Positions 7,712 to 15,478 of a stretch of DNA of 35,851 nucleotides are shown piece after piece. How positions within the stretch are numbered: position 1 is the first letter of the stretch; each line of letters opens with the position of its first letter. The position numbers and the translations under genes are program-made. The notes below the pieces were generated by a model, which was given only the letters and a program-made list of their open reading frames with translations, had not been told where the DNA came from and ran no database searches. Origin of the DNA: Oscillospiraceae bacterium (GTDB lineage Bacteria > Bacillota > Clostridia > UMGS1883); the NCBI GenBank assembly GCA_015069065.1, contig SVJI01000002.1, positions 1 through 35,851 of the forward strand. Direction: 5' to 3'.

Positions 7712-9592
7712 TTATTCAAAATCATACCATTTATCGGGGATAAATCCATTATCATCACCCTCGACGGGAATCATTATTCCATATCCGCCGTGGCTTACAT
7801 AACTGTCAAAATTTCTCTGCATATAAAGAAGTTCTCCACGCTCGGGAATATCATAATGCTTTAAAGCCTTGTATCCGCTTTCATCGTCCTCGTAATTTTC
7901 CCTGCACTCGAGGTCAGAATATCGAAATGCCATACGCATAAGACGAACATTGTTACGTGCTGCTTCATTTTCCGCTTCATTAAGTGCTTTTTCAAAGCCT
8001 TGGTACATTCTTTCTTTATCAATATGCTCCATCAAATATATTCCTGCTCGCATAATTTCGCTCTGTCCATCAAGCACACTTTCTGCATAGCGAATATTTT
8101 TAGCGATGTATTTTCCGCCTTTTCCAAATATTCGGCAGAAAAGAGAAAGGTTATCATCAAGCGATTTTTTAGTGTCGTATGCCGTTCTTCCATATGTGTA
8201 GAAATTAAATATATTATTCCATAGGTTATATACCTCAAGTTGGGTCTCTGTACCGTCTATTCCCTTTTCAATAAATCGTCTGCACATTGCCTGCATTTCA
8301 TCTGCCATAGGGATATAGCGCTGTCTGCCGGGATATACGCCCATAAAATAATCGTAATAAGTAACATTGGCGCCTATAGCTTTCCAATTAAGAAGATTTT
8401 TCTCAAAAAATGTTCCTGCAAGGCACGTGCCGTCAGGTTTTCCTATTGTGCGAAGTCCTGAAATATGCCATGTAGCCTCTGTTACAGAGACATTCTTTTC
8501 AAGAGTGATATTTGTAGGTGGTTCCCAAAGGTCGGTGTATGACATCATATTAAGCTCTACATCGCTATGCGCTTTTTTAAGACGCTTTGCAATTTCATTT
8601 ATCATATGTGCATAGTTTTCGACCTTGGAAAATCCTTTACACTTTTCACAACAACACTGCGGTGCGGTGCCATCCTTGTTAAGAAGCGCAAAGCTCTTTA
8701 CCTGCGGATTTTGTGTAAACCACTCTATCAGGTTACTTGAAATCTCTTCAATCATTTCCTCATTTCTTGAACAAAGTACCATCTGTCCCCAGTGATTTAC
8801 CATTTCAAAACGAGTTCCATCCTCTGTCATTTTATAATATTCGGGATGTGTTTCGTAGTAATGCTCTGAAAAATACTTATTTCCTTTTTGAGGGAGAAGG
8901 GTGTCAATAGCATCGTGATGCCCTACCTTAAAGAGAATACCCCTTTTTATTGCAGCGTCGAGCATGCCGTTTCCTTTCAGATGCTCATAAACACTGTTCC
9001 AAGTGTAGATATAGTTATATCTGTTCTTTGAAAGCCAATCGAGGAATTTAAAATCAAGCTCATAATCTGCCCCAGTTCCGTGTGCAGAATACTGTGCAAC
9101 AGCGCATCTGTAAGGAATATCGGCACACTTCTTAGTATAGAAAATGTCCTTTATTTCAAATTCATCCTTTTTAGGAATATATTCGCCGCCGCTGACACCT
9201 TCTTTTATATATGCTGCAAGGGAGCATCCCAAAAATCTTTCTAAGAATTCATACACTGCATAGAGCGTGCCTCTTTCGCATTCATTTATATTTTTGGAGC
9301 TTCCCGCAAGAACAAGGCAGTTTTCATATGATTTTATGAATATGCCCTCGGGGCCCGGTACAAGGCTGTCAAATTCAATTTCGGATATATATTCCTTTGT
9401 AATTAAATTTCTTTCAGGTCCACCGATTAAAATACAATTCTCTGACAAAGTTTTTGTATCGGTACATATTGAAAGCTCTGCCCCGAAAATTATCTTTATG
9501 TATTTTTGTAATTCCTCTGCTGCAAATATTTCCCTTGATGTTGCGTTATTAGGTATTATAATTATTTCCTTGCTTTTGCTGTTTAAAATCAT
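7712..9592 (-). CDS. DUF4838-like protein (626 aa), putative glycoside hydrolase. I recall CAZy GH163 being founded on a DUF4838 protein, but this is unverified.
   Basis: GGGAGG RBS 7 nt upstream of the ATG at 9592. The N-terminal IIIIPNNATSREIFAAEELQKYIKIIFGAEL...ILIGG pattern is typical of the zincin-like N-domain of GH20/GH67/DUF4838 proteins. Cys cluster PQCCCEKCKG. No signal peptide. The CDS is solid and the family call is moderate. Confidence 0.85.
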   Translation of the reverse strand: MILNSKSKEIIIIPNNATSREIFAAEELQKYIKIIFGAELSICTDTKTLSENCILIGGPERNLITKEYISEIEFDSLVPGPEGIFIKSYENCLVLAGSSKNINECERGTLYAVYEFLERFLGCSLAAYIKEGVSGGEYIPKKDEFEIKDIFYTKKCADIPYRCAVAQYSAHGTGADYELDFKFLDWLSKNRYNYIYTWNSVYEHLKGNGMLDAAIKRGILFKVGHHDAIDTLLPQKGNKYFSEHYYETHPEYYKMTEDGTRFEMVNHWGQMVLCSRNEEMIEEISSNLIEWFTQNPQVKSFALLNKDGTAPQCCCEKCKGFSKVENYAHMINEIAKRLKKAHSDVELNMMSYTDLWEPPTNITLEKNVSVTEATWHISGLRTIGKPDGTCLAGTFFEKNLLNWKAIGANVTYYDYFMGVYPGRQRYIPMADEMQAMCRRFIEKGIDGTETQLEVYNLWNNIFNFYTYGRTAYDTKKSLDDNLSLFCRIFGKGGKYIAKNIRYAESVLDGQSEIMRAGIYLMEHIDKERMYQGFEKALNEAENEAARNNVRLMRMAFRYSDLECRENYEDDESGYKALKHYDIPERGELLYMQRNFDSYVSHGGYGIMIPVEGDDNGFIPDKWYDFE

Positions 9593-9666
9593 AGTTCTGC
9601 CTCCCAGAGAACAACTTATTTTCTCTAACAGTATTAATTGAGTTCATTCTTCACAAATTACCAAAA

Positions 9667-10554
9667 TTATATTTCATCTTTTAATTTAAACAAACGAATT
9701 GCGTTTTCTCTGCATATTTTACGGTAATTTTCTTCACTGATACAACCTTTTTCCAAGGAGGCATCAAGCCAATCTGAAAGATATGTTTCCTGATGTGCAC
9801 GGCATATATCCGTTCCGAACATCAGTCTATCGGAAAATTCTTCAATAAAACGGTATGCAAAATCACTGTCTCGTGACATTGCGTTATAACCGCTTCCTGC
9901 AGAAAGGTCGCAGTAAAGGTTGGGGTAATGGCGCATAAGTTCAACCACTCTTCCCGCATTCACTTTACCTGTGACATAGTCGCCACGGTTTTCCTCGGTA
10001 ACATTGTCACCGATCTCGTTCCAGAAGCACTGCGAATGGCCCATAATTGTTAGGTTAGGATACTTTTTCAACATTTTTTCAAGACGTGGCAAACCCAAAT
10101 CGTCAATAATTCCGTATTCCTCTCCTTTACCGCATGCAAAATGAATAGTCACGGGCATATCACACTGGGCACAGTGATAGAACAGATTATCCATAAGGGG
10201 GGCATCCGCATATATATTTGCAGTCAATTCTCCTACCCCTATTGCACCACGGCTCTTGTAATCAAGCAAAAGCTCCGAAAAATCAGTGGCAGGTGAATTC
10301 TGCCCCATTCTGGGGTCAATGTTACAAAACCAATAAAAAGTATCAGAATACTTGTTCGCAAGATACTCCATTTCTTCATTCGTCTGAATGCAGTAATGGG
10401 CTTCCGGACTGATAAGCGGTAGCAAAAATCCTTTATCTATACCAAGCTCAGTATAGCTTTCTTTGATTTCCTCCGGTTGCACAAGAATACATCCCGAATG
10501 CAACTTTGCACCATTCCACATACTTGAATGAATATGTACATCAATTTTTTTCAT
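9667..10554 (-). CDS. Amidohydrolase-2 (TIM-barrel metal-dependent hydrolase) family protein (295 aa), a possible sugar lactonase or decarboxylase-type enzyme.
   Basis: MKKIDVHIHS (HxH metal ligands at the first strand), later GHSQ and FGTD motifs. I prefer the ATG at 10554 (AAAGAGGG 6 nt upstream) over the track start at 10656. Confidence 0.8.
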   Translation of the reverse strand: MKKIDVHIHSSMWNGAKLHSGCILVQPEEIKESYTELGIDKGFLLPLISPEAHYCIQTNEEMEYLANKYSDTFYWFCNIDPRMGQNSPATDFSELLLDYKSRGAIGVGELTANIYADAPLMDNLFYHCAQCDMPVTIHFACGKGEEYGIIDDLGLPRLEKMLKKYPNLTIMGHSQCFWNEIGDNVTEENRGDYVTGKVNAGRVVELMRHYPNLYCDLSAGSGYNAMSRDSDFAYRFIEEFSDRLMFGTDICRAHQETYLSDWLDASLEKGCISEENYRKICRENAIRLFKLKDEI

Positions 10555-10665
10555 GCGTTTGCCCTCTTTCTGCTGTAATTTCATTCTCTGCTTTTTTGCA
10601 AAAGCTTTATAACACCCGTACGTTCTTATACCTGTCTGTATAACAACATAATTCACATAAATTCA

Positions 10666-11859
10666 TTATTCCTTTACCCATTTTCCATTTGTGAAATCGG
10701 GAATTTCAACCATTTGATTACCGAGTATAATTGACTTTTCAGAAAGGGGTGTAATGCACATCCAGCTTACGGTATCATATACATCAATAGGCATAGGCTT
10801 GTTTTCGATAACGCACTCAACAAAATCCTTAACCACAAGGTAATCCATACCGCCATGTCCCTTTTGAACACCCTGCTTCAGATATTCTTTCCATACGGGA
10901 TGGTCATATTGCTCTGCATACTTTTCTCCATTGTCCCAGTTTGGTTTCCAATTAAACTCATCTAATTCTTCACCATCAAAAACAAAAGAATTATTTCTTT
11001 CATCATAGAAAGCCTTCGTTCCATGCACGCAAAGATTACGGGTATAATATCTTGGAAGTGTAGTATCAAGAGTAAGTGTGATTGTTTCCCCGTGGGCACA
11101 CTTGATTATAGTTGTAATAACGTCGCCCTGCTCGAAAACCGTATTAACCAGAGTTTCATCATCAGGGTAGTTTTTCATAATATATTCGTGAAGCCCCGCA
11201 CTCTTAGATGCAACGGAAATCAGTGAAACCATTCTGTTACCCTTATTTATACCAAGCATCTGCGCAATGGGACCAAGCTCATGTGTAGGATAATTTTCGC
11301 AGTTTCTGTTTTTATAGTTACGGAATCTGTAGTGCCTGTTCTTTATTCCGTTTGAAACTTCGTTTCTTAAATCGTGGCAATATGCACCGTCACAGTGGAC
11401 TATTGTGCCAAAAAGCCCCTGCTCAATCATATTAAGCAGCATCATTTCACGTCTGCCGTAGCAACAGTTTTCAAGCATCATGATAGGAGTTTTTGTTTCC
11501 TCGTATGTTTTAACAAGCTCCCAACACTGCTCTATAGAGTAGGCACCGCCCACCTCAAGGCCAACACACTTTCCCTTCTTCATAGCATAAACTGCAACGG
11601 GAACGTGCATTTCCCATGCGGCAAAAATCATAATTGCCTCTACATCATTTGAATCTATAACTTCTTTATAATCAGCTGTATTGAGTGAGGGTCTGTAGCC
11701 GCATTTTTCATTTATGTGGTCAGATGCTCGCTGCACTCTGTCATCATACACATCGCAAAGCGCAGTAATTTCAATATTATCCAGTTCTACCAGAACATTT
11801 TCCAAAACGTCATAACCACGTTTTCCTAATCCTACAATACCGATTTTTAACTTTTTCAT
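10666..11859 (-). CDS. Gfo/Idh/MocA oxidoreductase, GH109-like (NAD-dependent glycosidase-like), 397 aa.
   Basis: KIGIVGLGKRG Rossmann segment. The central MMLENCCYGRREMMLLNMIEQGLFGTIVHCDGAYCHDLR block resembles, from memory, the GH109 alpha-N-acetylgalactosaminidase core. ATG at 11859 with GGAG 8 nt upstream. No signal peptide. Confidence 0.8.
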   Translation of the reverse strand: MKKLKIGIVGLGKRGYDVLENVLVELDNIEITALCDVYDDRVQRASDHINEKCGYRPSLNTADYKEVIDSNDVEAIMIFAAWEMHVPVAVYAMKKGKCVGLEVGGAYSIEQCWELVKTYEETKTPIMMLENCCYGRREMMLLNMIEQGLFGTIVHCDGAYCHDLRNEVSNGIKNRHYRFRNYKNRNCENYPTHELGPIAQMLGINKGNRMVSLISVASKSAGLHEYIMKNYPDDETLVNTVFEQGDVITTIIKCAHGETITLTLDTTLPRYYTRNLCVHGTKAFYDERNNSFVFDGEELDEFNWKPNWDNGEKYAEQYDHPVWKEYLKQGVQKGHGGMDYLVVKDFVECVIENKPMPIDVYDTVSWMCITPLSEKSIILGNQMVEIPDFTNGKWVKE

Positions 11860-11893
11860 ATATTTATCTCCTTGCATTCACACGATTAAAATC

Positions 11894-12844
11894 TTACCAC
11901 AAGCTTGTATCGCTAAGCTTTTTACTTATTATATTAGTCGCTACCAAAAACATAAGATTTATTACCGAGTTAAACATATTAACTGCGGTGGAAAAGCTCC
12001 AGCTTTGTTCAAGCAGACCTTTTCTGTAGACATATGTAGATATAACATCTGCTGTATCCATTACAACGTCATTGTAAAGGAGAATTATCTTCTCATAACC
12101 TACATTTAATATTCCGCCCATTCGCATAATCAGCATTATGATAATTGTAGGCAAAATTCCGGGAAGTGTTACGTGCCAAAGCTGCTTTAGCTTTCCTGCA
12201 CCATCGATTGAAGCTGCTTCATACAAAGACGGATTTACGCCTGTAAGTGCGGCAAGATAAATAATAGAATTCCATCCTATTTCCTGCCATATACCTGAAC
12301 CTACATATATAGGAACAAAGAACGATGGATTTAAAAGCAGATTTTCCTTCGGCGCTCCAAAAAGCGACAACAAGTTTGTAATTACACCCGTATCCATAGA
12401 AAACGATTTTACCATACCGCAAACAACAACCAGTGAAATAAAGTGCGGCATATATGAAATATTCTGAACAACCTTTGAAAAGCCCTGTGATTTTAGTTCA
12501 TTCATCAGAAGTGCTAAAATAATCGCTGCCGGAAACTCCACAACAAGCATTGTAAGGCTGATTGTTATGGTATTGCTCAAGAGTGAGAAAAACGAGGGCG
12601 CTGAAAAGAAATTTACAAAATGCTTAAATCCAACCCACGGACTTCCCAAAACGCCAAGTCGGGGTGTATAATCCTTAAATGCAATTAGTGCACCATACAT
12701 TGGTCCATAATGGAATATAGCGTAATAAATCAGCATCGGAAGTATAATCAGATATAAAGCTTTGTTTTTGATAAAATCTTTTTTTACCATAGAAAGCCAG
12801 CTGACCTTGTTTTTATTGATTAGATTTTTCGTACTTTTTTCCAA
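11894..12844 (-). CDS. Sugar ABC transporter permease (LplB/YteP type).
   Basis: 316 aa, multi-pass membrane protein. N-terminal LYLIILPMLIYYAIFHYGPMYG and an EAA-like loop (YEAASIDGAGKLKQLWHVTLP). The track start is a TTG at 12844 with GGAGTG 6 nt upstream. An internal ATG (MVKKDF) is an alternative start. Confidence 0.88.
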   Translation of the reverse strand: MEKSTKNLINKNKVSWLSMVKKDFIKNKALYLIILPMLIYYAIFHYGPMYGALIAFKDYTPRLGVLGSPWVGFKHFVNFFSAPSFFSLLSNTITISLTMLVVEFPAAIILALLMNELKSQGFSKVVQNISYMPHFISLVVVCGMVKSFSMDTGVITNLLSLFGAPKENLLLNPSFFVPIYVGSGIWQEIGWNSIIYLAALTGVNPSLYEAASIDGAGKLKQLWHVTLPGILPTIIIMLIMRMGGILNVGYEKIILLYNDVVMDTADVISTYVYRKGLLEQSWSFSTAVNMFNSVINLMFLVATNIISKKLSDTSLW

Positions 12845-12849
12845 TTATA

Positions 12850-13731
12850 TCACTCCTTTACTGCGCCAATCATAACACCCTTGGTAAAGAATTTCTGTAC
12901 AAAGGGGTATACAATCAAAATCGGAACCGTTGCAACCACAATAGTTGCATATTTAATAGTTTCACTGAGTGCATACTGGTCAGTTGCCGTCGGGTCAGAC
13001 ATTGCACCCACATCATTTTGTATAAGTATCTCTCTGAGTATCAGCTGCAATGGATAGAGTGCTCTGTCCTTCAGATAAATACTTGCGTTGAACCAGGAAT
13101 TCCATCTGTCAACTGTGTAGTAAAGCAGTATAACTGCCAAAATAGACTTTGAAAGCGGCACAACAACCTGCGCCATTACACGAAAATGTCCTGCTCCCTC
13201 TAAAAGGGCGCTTTCAACAAGACTTTCGGGGACCTGCGAAAACGAGGTTTTTAAAACTATCAGATTATATGTACTGACAGCAAGCGGCAAAATAACTGCC
13301 AGAAAACTGTTATTAAGCCCAAGTGTCCTTGAAATCAATAAGTAGCTGGGGATAAGTCCGCCATTAAAGAACATTGTAATGGTAACAAGCTTCATTATGA
13401 GCTTATTCCAATATACATCCTTTCTTGAAAGCGTATATGCACCCATCGTTGTAATAATCATATTAACTGCCACGCCGCCTACAACTATAATCAGGGTATT
13501 TATATAGCCCTGCATAATCATAGGATTTTTAAATATTCCGATATAGGCATCTGTAGTAAAGCCAATCGGTGCAAAAAGTGCTTTGGAATGACCTAAAAGA
13601 AGGTCGCCGTTACTAAATGAGGCACAAATTACATACCAGAACGGATAAATCATAATAAAGCATAATAAAAGCATAAAGCAAATATTAAATACGTTGAAAA
13701 TCCGCCACGATAAAGACTCTTTAATTTTCAT
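12850..13731 (-). CDS. Carbohydrate ABC transporter permease (LplC/YtcP type).
   Basis: 293 aa, six predicted TM segments, EAA loop (ESALLEGAGHFRVMAQVVVPL). GGGAGGAG RBS upstream of the ATG at 13731. Confidence 0.9.
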   Translation of the reverse strand: MKIKESLSWRIFNVFNICFMLLLCFIMIYPFWYVICASFSNGDLLLGHSKALFAPIGFTTDAYIGIFKNPMIMQGYINTLIIVVGGVAVNMIITTMGAYTLSRKDVYWNKLIMKLVTITMFFNGGLIPSYLLISRTLGLNNSFLAVILPLAVSTYNLIVLKTSFSQVPESLVESALLEGAGHFRVMAQVVVPLSKSILAVILLYYTVDRWNSWFNASIYLKDRALYPLQLILREILIQNDVGAMSDPTATDQYALSETIKYATIVVATVPILIVYPFVQKFFTKGVMIGAVKE

Positions 13732-13833
13732 CTAACTCTCCTCCCTGAGGTATAAACAATCAAAATCTACGGTGTCGGGCACAAATATATCAGCGCCCTG
13801 CCTTACCACAAGGCGCCGACATACCTGCTCTAG

Positions 13834-15411
13834 TTATCTCTTCATATATCTTTCGTAAGCTGACTGCTGAATTTCAACAGCACGCTTTATATTAAGCTTT
13901 TCAATTTGCTTAATAAATGCATCGTAATTTTCAAAGCTTTCCACACCCATAATAAATTTGGTAATCATCTGGTTAACATACTTATTAACCTCATTCATTA
14001 TAGAAGCATATTCGGATGATTCGTCCGTACTGGGTGTGACATTGGGTATACGGTGCTTCATAGATTCATCATATCCCTTTACCCACTCATCAAGTGCGGC
14101 CTTCTGCTGAGGAAGCTGATAATACTGATTAAGGTATTCCTCGCTTACTACGAAGGAGCCGCCGCTTCCTGCCTTAACATTCATTGCGAGCATCTGCGAC
14201 ATTGAAAGTCCCTCAGTATTCTTAGTAATTTTTTCTGTATAAACAGGCTTTCCGTCAACCATTGTGTAGGTATCGCCTTCAACACCGAAGTTTGAGAAAA
14301 GCTGTCCTTCCTCTGTATAAGCATAGTCAAGAACCTTTGCAGCAAGCTGGGGATACTCGCTCTGTGCAGAAATAGCAGAAACAGAGGACAGTCCCACCGG
14401 ATATGAAACAGGAATATATGCATTCATTTTTCCGCTTTCCTTTGCGGGGTATCTGACGCCTGCCAGTTCAAACTTCTCATCCTTTTGTACACCTGATACC
14501 ATAAACTGTCCTATCTGACGACCACCACTGAGGAAGGAAGCACCTGTTTCACCGTTTAAGAGCTGACTTCCAAGCATTTTATCATCAATAGCTACAATAT
14601 TTTTATCAAGTAGGCCTTTCTTATACCATCTGCTCAGTGTTTCGAGTGCCTCCTTATATTCAGGCTCAATCGGGCCGAATTTAACCTTACCGTTATCTAT
14701 ATACATTTCAGGAACTGCTTCAAGCAGTGTAAACATATAATAAGATCCGGTTTCATAGTTGAAAGAAAGTGGTGCTGCTGCTCCTTTTTTCTCCTTAAAT
14801 GCTGTCAGCATATTTTCCCAATCCTCAACTGTTTCAGGCATTTTAAGACCTAATTCCTCAATCCAATCCTTTCTTATTGTAGGACCTGCTGTTGACACAA
14901 GCTTGGGCGAGGACTGAATAAGAGGAAAGCCGTAGAGCTGACCCTCATCAGTTGTTATCTGTCTTTTATAGGCTTCGTTTCCCTCAAGTATAGCGCTCAG
15001 TGCAGGCATATATTCCTTATATTCGTTAAGAGGAATGATAACACCGTCATTTATTGCTTTTGTGGGGCCACCTGCATACAGGCTGCTCCAGTTTACTTCC
15101 ATAATATCTGCATATTCACCCGATGCAATCATAAGGTTAAACGCCTCTGCAAGCTGACCTGATGCAGGCTGAATATATTCGATATTAACGCCCGTTCTTT
15201 TTGTGAATTCCTTTGCAAAATTTGTTTCTCCGTAATTTGAAACCATTGTTGTAAGGCTTGCGGGGGGATTACGGAAATATGTCAGTGTAACATCTGTCTC
15301 AATAGGATATGTATCTATGTTTTCTACAGTGCCGCTGCTTTCCTGCTTGCCTCCTGTGCAGGCGGTAAAAAGCAGACACACACATAATAAAAGCATAACA
15401 ATTCTTTTCAT
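13834..15411 (-). CDS. Extracellular solute-binding lipoprotein of a CUT1-type sugar ABC transporter (LplA/YtcQ type, 525 aa).
   Basis: Signal peptide ending in the lipobox LLFTAC. Size and position upstream of two permeases fit the family. AAAGGAGAAGG RBS upstream of the ATG at 15411. Confidence 0.9.
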   Translation of the reverse strand: MKRIVMLLLCVCLLFTACTGGKQESSGTVENIDTYPIETDVTLTYFRNPPASLTTMVSNYGETNFAKEFTKRTGVNIEYIQPASGQLAEAFNLMIASGEYADIMEVNWSSLYAGGPTKAINDGVIIPLNEYKEYMPALSAILEGNEAYKRQITTDEGQLYGFPLIQSSPKLVSTAGPTIRKDWIEELGLKMPETVEDWENMLTAFKEKKGAAAPLSFNYETGSYYMFTLLEAVPEMYIDNGKVKFGPIEPEYKEALETLSRWYKKGLLDKNIVAIDDKMLGSQLLNGETGASFLSGGRQIGQFMVSGVQKDEKFELAGVRYPAKESGKMNAYIPVSYPVGLSSVSAISAQSEYPQLAAKVLDYAYTEEGQLFSNFGVEGDTYTMVDGKPVYTEKITKNTEGLSMSQMLAMNVKAGSGGSFVVSEEYLNQYYQLPQQKAALDEWVKGYDESMKHRIPNVTPSTDESSEYASIMNEVNKYVNQMITKFIMGVESFENYDAFIKQIEKLNIKRAVEIQQSAYERYMKR

Positions 15412-15478
15412 TATCGTCCTTCTCCTTTTTCACTGTGTGAGCCGATTGGAAATCGACCCACACTACGATTATGTTTAA

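Noticed and set aside
11894-15411. Missing ABC ATPase as an anomaly or gene loss.
   Set aside because: CUT1-type sugar importers in Firmicutes commonly share a distally encoded MsmX/MsmK-type ATPase, so its absence here is expected.
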